Source: Candidatus Latescibacterota bacterium
GTDB lineage: Bacteria; Latescibacterota; UBA2968; SICM01
Direction of reading: 5' to 3'
NCBI GenBank assembly: GCA_965217865.1
Contig: CBDCJO010000002.1
Location: 3,648,001-3,712,000, forward strand
Length of the DNA: 64,000 nucleotides
In this document: positions 37,022 to 47,385 of the stretch, one piece after another
Layout: every line of letters begins with the position of its first letter
Position numbering within the stretch: the first letter of the stretch is position 1
Made by a program: the position numbers and the translations under genes
Notes under the pieces: generated by a model
The model's database searches: none
What the model was told of the DNA's origin: nothing
The model's input: the letters and a program-made list of their open reading frames with translations, nothing else

Positions 37022-37819
37022 TCAGGATTCAACCTCGGACCACATCCTCTGGATCGTTTCAGCGCAGGCACGGGCGACGTGTTCCCGCTGGTCTTTCGGC
37101 CATTTATTCTCGATCACCGTAAAGGGACCATCGTAACCCAGTTGCTTGAATTTTCGAATGATCGCCGGCCAGTCCTGTACCCCGGGATCATCGGGAAGGG
37201 CAGACGTCCATTGCACTCCGTCCTTTTCCATATGGACCCTTTCCCCCGGGCGAACGTGGCGAACCGACTGGACCATGATGTTCCGTGTGATTCCAAAAAA
37301 TTCCTCGATACAACCCAGATAGTCCGCACCCGCTATGTTCAGATGGAGGGAATCGTAGAGCAGTCCCACATTCGGATGACCCACCTCCGTAAAGAATTCA
37401 CGGGTATCCTCTACCGTCTCCAGAACGCCATCCGCGGAATTGCTTGTTACCAGGGTGATACCGAGACGTTCCGCCTTGGACGCAGCCCTGCGGAGCCACT
37501 TGGAAATCGATGTCACCTTCAACAAGCCGCACCCATAGTCCACGCACAGATCGAGATAGCGATCCAGGTAATCGTCCCGCCCCGGTCCGGAGGAAGGCAT
37601 TCCGCGTGCCGTCAGGCACGTCACATCAAGGTCCGCGTCCTGGACGATCTTGAGCAGATCCCTTCGCTCTCGGACTGGTGTTTCCAGGTTGACCTGCGTC
37701 CGCCTGAGCTCCACCCCCTGATAGCCGGCGGATTTTGCGATCGAACAGAATTCTGGGAAGGATACCGATTGAGAAGAATAATCATCCTCGAAATGGTACC
37801 CGCTTAAAGACAACAGCAT
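37022..37819 (-). CDS. Sugar phosphate isomerase/epimerase (xylose-isomerase-like TIM barrel)
   Basis: GYQGVELR, HPNVGLLYD..H, LGYDG...IE. Confidence 0.8.
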   Translation of the reverse strand: MLLSLSGYHFEDDYSSQSVSFPEFCSIAKSAGYQGVELRRTQVNLETPVRERRDLLKIVQDADLDVTCLTARGMPSSGPGRDDYLDRYLDLCVDYGCGLLKVTSISKWLRRAASKAERLGITLVTSNSADGVLETVEDTREFFTEVGHPNVGLLYDSLHLNIAGADYLGCIEEFFGITRNIMVQSVRHVRPGERVHMEKDGVQWTSALPDDPGVQDWPAIIRKFKQLGYDGPFTVIENKWPKDQREHVARACAETIQRMWSEVES

Positions 37820-37826
37820 GACGGAC

Positions 37827-38204
37827 TCATTGGGTGGCGTAGCTGATGACCGATATCTCCGCCCCCTGAGGGTCTCTGATGGTTGCGATCCGCCCCACCG
37901 GTATGTCCTTCGGCGGAAATACGACCCGGCCTCCAAGTTCCTCCGCCTTCTTTACCGTTGCGTCCACGTCCTCCACCGTCACATAGGCCCCCCAACTCGG
38001 AGAATCCCCTCCATCGGGCATCGGCATCAGGCCCCCCACATCTTCCCCGTCTTTTTTCAGGATGTGGTATGTGAAATCCCCCATCGGCATAGCCGCGGTC
38101 GTCCATCCAAAGAGACCTGTATAAAAAGAGACGGCACCATCCGCATCCGTCGTCAGCAATTCGTTCCAGCTGAATTGACCCGCTCGCTTTCTTGATTCAC
38201 TCAT
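37827..38204 (-). CDS. VOC/glyoxalase family protein
   Basis: WNEL.T.D, FYTGLFGW, YVTVEDVD, DPQGA. Confidence 0.93.
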   Translation of the reverse strand: MSESRKRAGQFSWNELLTTDADGAVSFYTGLFGWTTAAMPMGDFTYHILKKDGEDVGGLMPMPDGGDSPSWGAYVTVEDVDATVKKAEELGGRVVFPPKDIPVGRIATIRDPQGAEISVISYATQ

Positions 38205-38479
38205 GGTTTTTCCCTTATGTTATCCTCTGTGTAAACACACCTGCGCCACAGGCCTACCCCCTCCGTGTCTTCCCCTCCCCCCGCTTCTCTCTGAATTAAA
38301 TTGTATATCATATTGATTTTAAGAGATTAGCATCTCAACCTAGGTCGAATCCGGGAATGGCATTCCGCACGTGGGTATGCATAACACAAACCCTCAGGGA
38401 TGTCAAGACAAAATGGGAAACCCATCCGAATTTTCTAATACCGCCGCGATTGTAGCGATCCCCGTTTGGCGTTTCACGT

Positions 38480-38660
38480 TTCACGGCTTCTCTTTTATAA
38501 AAATATCTTCTCACCAGTTCTTTTGATGGGGCCGGGGTCCACAACGTGACAACATACACGGTCATGAAGGAAACGACGAGACCCAGAATGATGGGATCCA
38601 GATTGAACACCCGGTATGGTTCGAAGAAACTTCCGTTCCAGATCCATCCTGCCACGAATT
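38480..38660 (-). pseudogene. C-terminal remnant of a sodium:solute symporter-like gene
   Basis: DPIILGLVVSF...VTLWTPAPS; there is no room for a full gene. Confidence 0.5.
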
Positions 38661-38771
38661 CAAAAAGACCGGGTCGAGTTCGGCCCGGTCTTTCTCGTTC
38701 GGGGATAACTTGGAATCCATGGAGGTTTTCAAGGAAGGCTCCAGATTCTCGGTATGGAGAGGGAGAGGTCT

Positions 38772-39599
38772 CTATTCAGAGAAGATCTCTTCAAAAAAGG
38801 CCAGCATGGCCTTCCACGACCTCTCGTCGGCGGAGCGGTTGTAGCCCAGAGCGGGGATGCCTCGCTTGTCGGCCTCCGGGTTGGTAAAACTGTGTTTGGC
38901 CCCTCCGTATTGGACAAACTGCCAGTCCGCGCCGGCCGCGATCATATTCTTTTGAAACTGGACGATCTGATCCTGTGTGATCAGGGGGTCCTCTGCACCG
39001 TTACAGACGAGGATCTTCGCTTTGATAGGGTTGGGCCCGGCAGGTTCGGTTGGCAGGGAACCGTGGAAGCTTACGACCCCGCGCAGATCGATGTCCTCCT
39101 GAGCCATCGAAAGCACAACGTTTCCTCCAAAACAATACCCGATGGCTGCGATCTTGTCGCTGATACTCAGAGGTTGCTCGTGCAGCAGTAAGTAGGCGGC
39201 GAAAAATCGCTTTCTTCCGATTTCTCGATTCTTCCGGATAAAACCTGACCATTCGCCGGCTTCTTTCGGATGTTCGGTGCTTCTGCCTTCACCGTACATA
39301 TCGAGGGCCAGGGCGATGTAACCTTCACGAGCCAGTGCATTGGCCTTCCGCTTCGCGTGGATGTTCAGGCCCCACCATTCGTGGACCACAAGGACGCCTG
39401 GACGCTTCGAGTCTGTCTCGTCGTCATACACCAGGTAGCCCTTGAGAAGGATATCCTCGCCCCCGTAAGTCACCTCTTTGGAAACAAGCCCCCCGTGGAC
39501 ATCCATCGCTGAACTTAATAGAAACAACACGAATACCGGGAAAGTAAACCCCATGTCACTTTTTCCTCCGTCGATCTGGAACAACGCGTCTCCCACCAT
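38772..39599 (-). CDS. Dienelactone hydrolase family protein
   Basis: HEWWGLN, AIGYCFGG, VSFHG, HSFT. Confidence 0.95.
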   Translation of the reverse strand: MVGDALFQIDGGKSDMGFTFPVFVLFLLSSAMDVHGGLVSKEVTYGGEDILLKGYLVYDDETDSKRPGVLVVHEWWGLNIHAKRKANALAREGYIALALDMYGEGRSTEHPKEAGEWSGFIRKNREIGRKRFFAAYLLLHEQPLSISDKIAAIGYCFGGNVVLSMAQEDIDLRGVVSFHGSLPTEPAGPNPIKAKILVCNGAEDPLITQDQIVQFQKNMIAAGADWQFVQYGGAKHSFTNPEADKRGIPALGYNRSADERSWKAMLAFFEEIFSE

Positions 39600-39600
39600 T

Positions 39601-40098
39601 TCAGGCAGGCTGATTCTTACACGGGACCTTCATTACCCGAAACTCGTGTCCGGTTACCCCGATCATCCTTTCGATGTCATCCCTGGATATCACCAGGGTG
39701 CTCGTGTTCACAAGGGGATGACAGGCGAGTGCCTCGGCATTCCAAAGATCTTCGTCGATGACGATCTCCACACTATGATCCGGGTTGTTGACGATGCCCA
39801 GAAGGCTAACGGAACCGGGATCCACACCCAGGTGACGTTCGAGCCGTTCTGAAGAGGCGAGGCTCAGATTTCGAACCCCCAGCAGGGTTGACAGCGACTT
39901 GAGATCCACACGCTTCTCATAGCCGATCGCGACGAGAAAGTGCCGTTTCCCGGCCTTGTCCCTGAGGAAGATGTTCTTTGTGGACGCTGCGGCCAGCGGA
40001 GGCACGAGACGCTCCGCCTCCTCGCAAGTGTATACCGGAGGATGGTCGTACCGCTCGTAAATAATCCCGTTTTCGTCGAGAAACCGATAGATGTCCAT
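39601..40098 (-). CDS. YbaK/ProX (PrdX-like) aminoacyl-tRNA editing protein
   Basis: HPPV.T.EEA, KNIFLRDK, LGV.PGSVS, HPLVN. Confidence 0.92.
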   Translation of the reverse strand: MDIYRFLDENGIIYERYDHPPVYTCEEAERLVPPLAAASTKNIFLRDKAGKRHFLVAIGYEKRVDLKSLSTLLGVRNLSLASSERLERHLGVDPGSVSLLGIVNNPDHSVEIVIDEDLWNAEALACHPLVNTSTLVISRDDIERMIGVTGHEFRVMKVPCKNQPA

Positions 40099-40106
40099 AT
40101 CCGGAT

Positions 40107-41024
40107 TCAGGCTCCCACCTGATCCAGGACGCCATTGACCGTCTTGAGGCCGGCCTCGGACAGCCTAAGGCTCGGCCCTTTGGGCCTCCCCCCGCAAATG
40201 CCCCGGGCCTCAAGTACGGCCTTTACAACACTGATCGCGGAGACATCCTGTGCCTGAAAAGCCTTGAAAGCTCGCATCAAAAGACTATGGGAGGAAAATG
40301 CCCCCTCAATGTCTCCTTTGATACCCGATTCGTATATATCCACACAGAGCTTCGGAAGCACATTGGCCAGGGTCAAAACCGCTCCCGATGCCCCCATGAG
40401 GATGCTGCCCGCCAGATCGTCCTCTTCCCCCTGAAATACCTTGAAGTCCTTCGAACCTTTGAAATTTCGAAGCAGATCTTGAAACTGGGAAAAGTCCCTA
40501 CTGCTGTCCTTGATACCGACAAACCGCCCCCCCTCGCTCAATTCCGCAACGATGTCCGGGGTGATGTTGAATTTTGTGCTCCCCGGATTATTATACATGA
40601 AAATAGGAAGATCGACGGCCGATGAGACCTCCCTGAAATGGAGGAGCACCTCCGGGGTTCTGTGTCTGAAATAGAAAGGCACCATCAAAACCATGGCATC
40701 CGCTCCTAGGGCGGCGACCCTCTTTGCGGTTTCGATCGTCTTTTTTGTCCCGACCTCGGTGGCGTTCGCCAGGATCGGCACCCTGCCGGCAGCTTCATCA
40801 ACGACAACCTCAATGATCCGCCGCCGTTCCGCCGAGGTGAAGGCTGCAAATTCGCCTGTCGAGCCCAGGACAAAAAGGCCGTGCACGCCCTGACCGAGCA
40901 GGTATTGCACCAGGTTCCGCATCCCCTGCTCGTCGAATTCTTCGGACTCAGTAAGAGGCGTCGCAATCGGAGGGAAAATCCCCTTCAACCTTTCCTTCAA
41001 CGCTTCAAGTTTCATGACCCTCAT
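40107..41024 (-). CDS. DHDPS family aldolase
   Basis: GLFVLGSTGE, MYNNP, GIKDSS. Confidence 0.93.
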   Translation of the reverse strand: MRVMKLEALKERLKGIFPPIATPLTESEEFDEQGMRNLVQYLLGQGVHGLFVLGSTGEFAAFTSAERRRIIEVVVDEAAGRVPILANATEVGTKKTIETAKRVAALGADAMVLMVPFYFRHRTPEVLLHFREVSSAVDLPIFMYNNPGSTKFNITPDIVAELSEGGRFVGIKDSSRDFSQFQDLLRNFKGSKDFKVFQGEEDDLAGSILMGASGAVLTLANVLPKLCVDIYESGIKGDIEGAFSSHSLLMRAFKAFQAQDVSAISVVKAVLEARGICGGRPKGPSLRLSEAGLKTVNGVLDQVGA

Positions 41025-41082
41025 TCCTTTCCGGTTTTTCCCGAGGCCATCGGTTCGGCCTCAGGTGTTCCCCCCAGGATAT

Positions 41083-42468
41083 CTAAAACACCCTGACCGT
41101 CGATCCCCGCTCTGCTTCGATACGCCTTTGGACCTGGTTCGGGGTGACTGGGTTTTCAGGCCATTCCTCGGGAGGAACATTTGAAAGTCGAAGGAAAATC
41201 CGGGCAAGCTGTCCCACATAAACTTTCAGCTCTCTGATATTCACCTTGTCGGATGTGTCTCCGGGTTCGTGGTGGAAATCGGAGTCCGGATGTCGCCCGT
41301 GGAACCGCCAGCGCCACAGAAAGGCCGCATCCATCCCTTCTCGCAAATAAGGAAAGTGATCCGAAGAGGGATCCAATTGAGCCATGACGTGGCACTTCAG
41401 CCCATCGCCCATACGATCGAGTTGTTCCTGAACAAGGTTCCGAAGATGCGGGAATCCCAGGGCGATGCCCTTGAGGTTTCCCGTGGAGAGCTCATCCAGA
41501 TTGATCGCAAGCCTCGGAGGTCTTTTTCCCTCGTAGTGGCGTTTCACGTAAGCCGATGATCCCTGCAGCTTCTGCTCCTCCGCGCTGTAGGTGACAAATC
41601 GGATCGATCTTCCGGGGGGCTGGCCGACATCAGCGAACAGCCGGGAGAGGACCCGAGCCGTCTCCATCACCACAATCGTTCCGGAGCTGTTGTCATTCCC
41701 CCCTGGGGATCCGATAGTGGTATCGTGATGTCCGCCGAGCACGAGGTGTTCTTCCGGCCAGCGGTTTCCCGTGATGACGCTGCTCACATTGTATGCTGGG
41801 GCCTGATAGAAACGGCTCTCCACCGAAACTCTCAGTTCTTTTTTTTCACCGGCCGCCCGGCGGAGAAGGGCCCCGTGTTCCCGGGAAGTGACCACGCAGG
41901 GAATCGGGTGCTCCTGAAGCCCGGAATCTCTCCAGTCGCTGGCGCTGTGGTATTCCATTCGCCGTCCGCTCTTCTTCTCGATCACGACAGCCGCAGCCGC
42001 CCCGCCATCCGCAAGAGATCCGAGTCGACCCGGGTGGGGGATTGGATCCGTGAAAGGTTCGAAGGTCAACGCCATCAGTGCGATCGATCCCGGTAACGCA
42101 GTCCGCACGGCGTCGATCTCGCGAGGCGTTCCGAAACCCACATCGACAATCGGCCCCTCGAGAACGAAGGGAGGGCACCGGTTAAAAGGAAGGATGTCGA
42201 TGGCCATCCCGGTTTCAACCAGTTTCGCCTCCGCTTTTGTCCAGGTCCATGTATCGAGTTGAAATTCCTCCAGAGCAGGTTCTTCCAGCCCATCCGCCGA
42301 CATCTGATCCCGAATATAGTCTACGGTTGTGCGTTCGGCCTCAGACGAAGCCCAACGAGGCCCGATCTGATCGCAAAGCATGCATAGATGGGCTTCGATT
42401 CGCGATCCCACCCAGGCCTCTCCGATAATCCATCGGTCGATCGATTTCCAATCCGGATCCTTCATCAC
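41083..42468 (-). CDS. M28-family metallopeptidase with PA-like insert
   Basis: GGHHDT, DNSSG, AEE..L.GS, SDHFP, HH...DT.DK. Confidence 0.9.
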   Translation of the reverse strand: MMKDPDWKSIDRWIIGEAWVGSRIEAHLCMLCDQIGPRWASSEAERTTVDYIRDQMSADGLEEPALEEFQLDTWTWTKAEAKLVETGMAIDILPFNRCPPFVLEGPIVDVGFGTPREIDAVRTALPGSIALMALTFEPFTDPIPHPGRLGSLADGGAAAAVVIEKKSGRRMEYHSASDWRDSGLQEHPIPCVVTSREHGALLRRAAGEKKELRVSVESRFYQAPAYNVSSVITGNRWPEEHLVLGGHHDTTIGSPGGNDNSSGTIVVMETARVLSRLFADVGQPPGRSIRFVTYSAEEQKLQGSSAYVKRHYEGKRPPRLAINLDELSTGNLKGIALGFPHLRNLVQEQLDRMGDGLKCHVMAQLDPSSDHFPYLREGMDAAFLWRWRFHGRHPDSDFHHEPGDTSDKVNIRELKVYVGQLARIFLRLSNVPPEEWPENPVTPNQVQRRIEAERGSTVRVF

Positions 42469-42523
42469 GCTCCTGGTGTCTCAACCGCTCCGACAGTCGG
42501 TTCCGACATTGGGGATGAGTCAC

Positions 42524-44128
42524 TTATGCCTTCCCTGAAATCACGCTTCTCTTTGCGTCCCGCCGCCAGGCCTCTGTTTTCGGGAAACTCGAGAAACTCC
42601 TGATCGGATCGAATATGGAACTGCTGCGTTCTACGCCCATCGTTTGGAGAAGGGCATAGTCCTGCAGGCTTTCGCCGAAGACCTCCCACCTGATCGAATC
42701 GACTGGACCCTTTTGACCCGGGTAGACCATAAACGCGTCTCCGAAGGCCCATTCCGGCCAGCGCCTCCCCTCCAGAACCGTATAGGGATCGATCAAATTC
42801 CGTGTGCGTCCCTGGTACCAGTAGTTATAGCTCCAGTGCAGAAATCCCTGGAGGGGCCAGCGGTAAAACAGGAATCCGTGCATCGCAATCTTCGGGAGGG
42901 GGGTATCCAAAAACCGGTTCAGGTACTTGCCCCGCGGGCGGAGACAGTAGTAACACCAGCAGGGGATTCCCTCCTCCACAAAGCCAAGGGACTTCTGAAT
43001 AATCGCGATCGGCATGTCCGTCAGCTTTTGACGTGCATATTCGATATCCGAGAGCGCGTCCATCACCTTCATCCACGGAGCCAGCTCCTTCAGGACTTTC
43101 CGGGCCCTGCGGTAGTTCCCGATATGCTCCTCCCCGTGAGGTTCGTCCGACACGTGGAAAAACGAACGATTGACTATATTTTCATCCGAAAGGAATCGAT
43201 ACAGCTTTGGAAGATATTGTGAGAGGAAATTTCGGTAGGTTCCGGATGTCGCGCTGGTAGATGGACGCCATAGAAGCTTTTCATCCCGACCCTGGCCTTC
43301 GTAGATTCTGATGGCGTTCCGGGAGCCCCACTGCGTGAAGGGGTGGCACCATTCGAAATTCCGGATTCCGCATCGCTTCGTCGTGTCGATGTACCGCTTA
43401 ACGTCCCTCCAGTCGAATCGGTATTTCTCCCGACCGGATTTCCGCACGCGTAAAAGCTGACTCGGTCGTTTCACCCCGTCAAGCGGGGGGGTAAACACCG
43501 GCACGTAGATCGTGTCCACTCCGTGGTCGGCCACGTCCTTTGCATAGGGGGGAAGGATCTCCCAGAAGCGCCTGTCAAAAAGGTCTGTTCCGTACCAGTC
43601 GATCAGCGAGTCCACGTAGAACCAGTGCGCAATCGGAAACCCTCGCCTCTTGCCGATAACCACATCGTAGAGCCGCACCCAGACGGTGTGGGTCTTCCCA
43701 CTCCCTCTTTCGGGAATGACCGAAACCTTCACGGGGTACCTCCCGGGGTCGGCCCCCCGTCCCGGACGAACCGTGATCCAGAACGCGTGGGTCTCCAAAG
43801 GAGGGAGTTCGATCGTGTCCTCGTCGAAAAGCGGATCGGGAACGTATCCCGGTATATGTCCGCGTCCCTCGATATCCAAACTGGATTTTTCAATCGGGGA
43901 ATTGTGGTGAGGGATCGGAACGTAACCCACCCGTCGGATCCGGATCCTCCAGCCTTTTGGTCCATCGCTTGATACGCGTACTTTAAGGCCCTCGGCTGTC
44001 CGCATGGCGACCTGAAAACTGAACTGTTCATTCAGCGCCGCCTCCACGGTAAATCCCGTCGCAGCTTTCGGGCGGGAAGCCGGATAATTCCTGGTCAGTC
44101 CGGATGTTATCCAGGATCGAAAATCCAT
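42524..44128 (-). CDS. DUF4091 (GH123-like) glycoside hydrolase
   Basis: HVSDEP, GFLHW.YNYW, GDAFMVYPG, SIRWE. Confidence 0.85.
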   Translation of the reverse strand: MDFRSWITSGLTRNYPASRPKAATGFTVEAALNEQFSFQVAMRTAEGLKVRVSSDGPKGWRIRIRRVGYVPIPHHNSPIEKSSLDIEGRGHIPGYVPDPLFDEDTIELPPLETHAFWITVRPGRGADPGRYPVKVSVIPERGSGKTHTVWVRLYDVVIGKRRGFPIAHWFYVDSLIDWYGTDLFDRRFWEILPPYAKDVADHGVDTIYVPVFTPPLDGVKRPSQLLRVRKSGREKYRFDWRDVKRYIDTTKRCGIRNFEWCHPFTQWGSRNAIRIYEGQGRDEKLLWRPSTSATSGTYRNFLSQYLPKLYRFLSDENIVNRSFFHVSDEPHGEEHIGNYRRARKVLKELAPWMKVMDALSDIEYARQKLTDMPIAIIQKSLGFVEEGIPCWCYYCLRPRGKYLNRFLDTPLPKIAMHGFLFYRWPLQGFLHWSYNYWYQGRTRNLIDPYTVLEGRRWPEWAFGDAFMVYPGQKGPVDSIRWEVFGESLQDYALLQTMGVERSSSIFDPIRSFSSFPKTEAWRRDAKRSVISGKA

Positions 44129-44164
44129 GACCTGTTTTCCTTTCTCGACGGTTTGAAGTTTTTA

Positions 44165-45550
44165 TCAGTTAAAAAACCGGGGAAGCCATTCCCTGTTGGA
44201 CATTAAAAGCTCGTCTGCCAGATGCCCGATTTCGGCGAAATCGACGCCCGCGCTCAACGGGTCCAGGCTCAGGGCCTGTATCAGGAGGTCCCGGCTCCCC
44301 TCGAGGGCAGCTTTTAACGTCAATTCCTGGACATCTACGTGAAGACGGCACCACGACGCGATCACCCCCGGGAGTTCGCCCGCGGGAACAGGTTCAACCC
44401 CTTTTCCGCTGACGAAACCAACGGTTTCAACCACAACGTCGGGGGGCAGGTTGGAAATCTGACCTTTGTTCGGCGCATTCACGACCGTCTTGTAAGAACC
44501 CTTGTGAATAATAGCTTCCACAATGTGTACAAGCTCTTCTCCCGACCCCTTCCAGTCCATATCCATCTCCCCCCGGCCGATCTTCCGGATCTCCTCAAGC
44601 TGCCTGGCCTTTGAGAATCGTCGTGCATCAACCGTGGTTTTTTTGACACCGTATTTCATTCCGAACCCGTTTCGAAAGTTGCAAAGACTGGGAAGGAACT
44701 CGATCGTGTGCCGGTCGTGGTTGATCGGAAAATACCCCACCTGCTTGCAGATAGCCATGGCCGCCTGATAATGATTTTCAAAATCTTCTGTCGCCAGTTC
44801 CTCATCGGGTAGAGAAATGAGTTCGGATCCGGACTTTTCCTCGCAAAACTTTCGAATTCTTGGAAGAACATCCACACCTTTGCGGCTGGCTTTCGTCAGG
44901 AAAATAAAATGGTTGATCCCCGCAAAGGTATAATCGAATCCCTGCTCACCCAACCATGTATAGAGGTAGGTCAGGATGTCCATCCCTTCTGGCACCTTCA
45001 TCCCCAGGGCCGGCCCAAGAATTCCCGGAAGGGCGTGCAGACCGTGGCAGAGCCCCAGAACCTTGGTCTCCTTTGCGGGAAGGTTCAATGCTCGGGTCAC
45101 AACACTCATAGGATTTGTTTCGTTCAGAACCCATGCCCCCGGACAAACCTGTTCCATCTCTTCGACGATCTCGTAAGCCACCGGGGCCGTTCGGATCGAA
45201 GCGGATATTCCCGAAGGCCCGACCGTCATCGACACCGGCTGCCGGATGCCGTACTTGATCGGGATCTCCAGGTCGTTGTAAAAGGCATCCATCGCGCCCG
45301 GGCTGAACGTCAACAGGACGAATTCGGACCCCTTCAGGGCTTCCCTTCGGTCATCCACGATCGATATGGCAAAGTCCTTATTCCGCTGCTCATTGAATCT
45401 CCGAAGCATGCCCTCCACGGCCTCCACGGTTTCACGGTTCGGGTCCACAAGCCGGATCTCCCCTCCATCAACCCCTTCCAAAAGGTAGAAATCCTTCATC
45501 ACCCCTCTCATCCAGTTGACGCTGCCCCCGCCGATCACGGTCAGAATCAT
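44165..45550 (-). CDS. Family 4 glycoside hydrolase (NAD-dependent)
   Basis: VIGGGS, TNPM, GLCH, GINHF, N.GQI.NLP...VVET. Confidence 0.93.
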   Translation of the reverse strand: MILTVIGGGSVNWMRGVMKDFYLLEGVDGGEIRLVDPNRETVEAVEGMLRRFNEQRNKDFAISIVDDRREALKGSEFVLLTFSPGAMDAFYNDLEIPIKYGIRQPVSMTVGPSGISASIRTAPVAYEIVEEMEQVCPGAWVLNETNPMSVVTRALNLPAKETKVLGLCHGLHALPGILGPALGMKVPEGMDILTYLYTWLGEQGFDYTFAGINHFIFLTKASRKGVDVLPRIRKFCEEKSGSELISLPDEELATEDFENHYQAAMAICKQVGYFPINHDRHTIEFLPSLCNFRNGFGMKYGVKKTTVDARRFSKARQLEEIRKIGRGEMDMDWKGSGEELVHIVEAIIHKGSYKTVVNAPNKGQISNLPPDVVVETVGFVSGKGVEPVPAGELPGVIASWCRLHVDVQELTLKAALEGSRDLLIQALSLDPLSAGVDFAEIGHLADELLMSNREWLPRFFN

Positions 45551-45740
45551 GTTCGTCCTCCTTTAGTGGACTCATACGGAAGTCAAATATATTCTCAGGT
45601 CCGAACCTTTGTTTTTATGCGCGACGTTTCATTGCAATTTGCATTTTGCATTTCCATGGACCACCTGGGTGCGCCCGTCATTCCGATGCAGGTGAATAGT
45701 TTGGCCAGGCATGCCACATCCCGGCGGATAAACTGTCAGT

Positions 45741-46010
45741 CTAACCGCTGGATCTTACCAACCCCACGGATTGATCCTGATAACGCCTCTCATCGAAGAG
45801 GTACCAGAAGGCCGCTGCGGCAACGAGGGTGATGGCGATCGGCACCAGAAAAATCTTGACCCAATCGTGCCCCCCATCCGCCATCGCAAAGAGGTCGTGA
45901 ATCCTCCCGCTCAAGAAATGTCCGAGCAGCATGCCAACCCCGTGAGTTGCGAACATGAGGAGCGCCTGCGAACTTGCCCGGATGTCTGTAGGGCTATTTG
46001 TCCGACATCC
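45741..46010 (-). pseudogene. C-terminal remnant of a nucleoside:H+ symporter-like MFS gene
   Basis: DIRASSQALLMFATHGVGMLLG...DWVKIFLVP; the N-terminal part is absent. Confidence 0.65.
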
Positions 46011-46021
46011 GGTTCTTATCG

Positions 46022-46744
46022 TTATTCTCCACAGGCAATTTCAAGGAACCGCGCGGCTAATCTTGGGCCTGCAGCTTCATCCTCGTGCTTGAAAAAGACA
46101 AAAGCCCTCGTCCATTCCTGAGCGTGAATCCGCCCCTCCCAGTCCTTCAGATCCGTATCCGAATATCCACTCCGCCGCAATCGGAGGTACCCCCAGTTCG
46201 CGGTGCCGAGCAGCTGGGTCCAAGGCTCATCATCAGTATCGCTTGCGCACAGGGCAATATTTTTGTCTCGAAGGCGTCGGTAGACCTCCTCATCGAACCA
46301 GGTCGGATGGCGGAACTCGAAAGCCGCGGGCGTCCCCTCAGGGAGGAGGGAAAGGAAGTTATCCAGACGGGGTAAATCCCTTTGTAGATACGGGGGAAGC
46401 TGGAAAAGAATCACCCCAAGCCGTTCTCCAAGCGTCCTCGAATTTCCCAGAAGGAATTCCAACTCCTCCCCCGCGTCCTTCAAACGTTTGATGTGTGTGA
46501 TCCGGCGGGATGCCTTGAGCGAAAAATGAAAGCCTTCAGGAACCTGTTCCGCCCACGATTCGAGCACACTCACCTTCGGCATACGGTAAAACGTGTTGTT
46601 GATCTCGACGGCGGGTAAGCGCTCGGAATAAAACCGCAGCATATCCTTCGCCGGAAGATCTTCAGGATAGAAGGGGCCCTTCCACTCTTTGTAGCTATAT
46701 CCGCTGGTACCCACATACAGCTTCATCAAGTTAACCTCCACCAA
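46022..46744 (-). CDS. DUF72 family protein
   Basis: VGTSGYSY..W, VEINNTFY, FQLPP, FEFRH, YLRLR. Confidence 0.94.
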   Translation of the reverse strand: MVEVNLMKLYVGTSGYSYKEWKGPFYPEDLPAKDMLRFYSERLPAVEINNTFYRMPKVSVLESWAEQVPEGFHFSLKASRRITHIKRLKDAGEELEFLLGNSRTLGERLGVILFQLPPYLQRDLPRLDNFLSLLPEGTPAAFEFRHPTWFDEEVYRRLRDKNIALCASDTDDEPWTQLLGTANWGYLRLRRSGYSDTDLKDWEGRIHAQEWTRAFVFFKHEDEAAGPRLAARFLEIACGE

Positions 46745-46773
46745 AGGTTTTCCGCTTTACCCCTTGTGCAGAT

Positions 46774-47346
46774 TTATTTCAGCTTTTTGACATGCTTATA
46801 GCGGAAACACCCCGCAACATGGTCGTTGACCATTCCGACGGCCTGCATAAAAGCATAACAGATGGTCGGACCAATGAACCGGAATCCACGTTTCTTCATG
46901 TCTTTGCTCATTTTCTTCGACACTTCGGTCTCGGAGGGGATCTCCTTCAACGATTTCCAGCCATTCTGAACGGGTTGCCCATCCACAAAATTCCAGATGT
47001 ATTCGCTGAAGCTTCCGAACTCCTTCTGAATCTTTACGATTATCCCGGCGTTAGAAACGGATGAAGCAACCTTCAGCCTGTTCCGAACGATTCCCGGATC
47101 TTTCAGAAGTCGGTCAATCCTTCTATTGTCGAACCCCGCCACCTTCTTCGGATCGAATTTCTCAAAGGCCTTCAGGTAATTCTCGCGTTTCTTCAGAATA
47201 GTGGACCAGCTCAGACCGGCCTGTGCGCCTTCAAGGCACAGAAACTCGAAGAGCAGGCGGTCATCCCGAACGGGTACCCCCCACTCTTCATCGTGGTAGG
47301 CCATCTCCAGAGGAGATCCTTTTGCCCATTCGCATCGCATAACCAC
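46774..47346 (-). CDS. tag: DNA-3-methyladenine glycosylase I
   Basis: RC.W, YHDEEWG, LEGAQAGLSW, QAVGMVNDH...C. Confidence 0.97.
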   Translation of the reverse strand: MVMRCEWAKGSPLEMAYHDEEWGVPVRDDRLLFEFLCLEGAQAGLSWSTILKKRENYLKAFEKFDPKKVAGFDNRRIDRLLKDPGIVRNRLKVASSVSNAGIIVKIQKEFGSFSEYIWNFVDGQPVQNGWKSLKEIPSETEVSKKMSKDMKKRGFRFIGPTICYAFMQAVGMVNDHVAGCFRYKHVKKLK

Positions 47347-47385
47347 TTAAAACTGGCTGTTTATCTATGGTTTCATCGGACCGCT

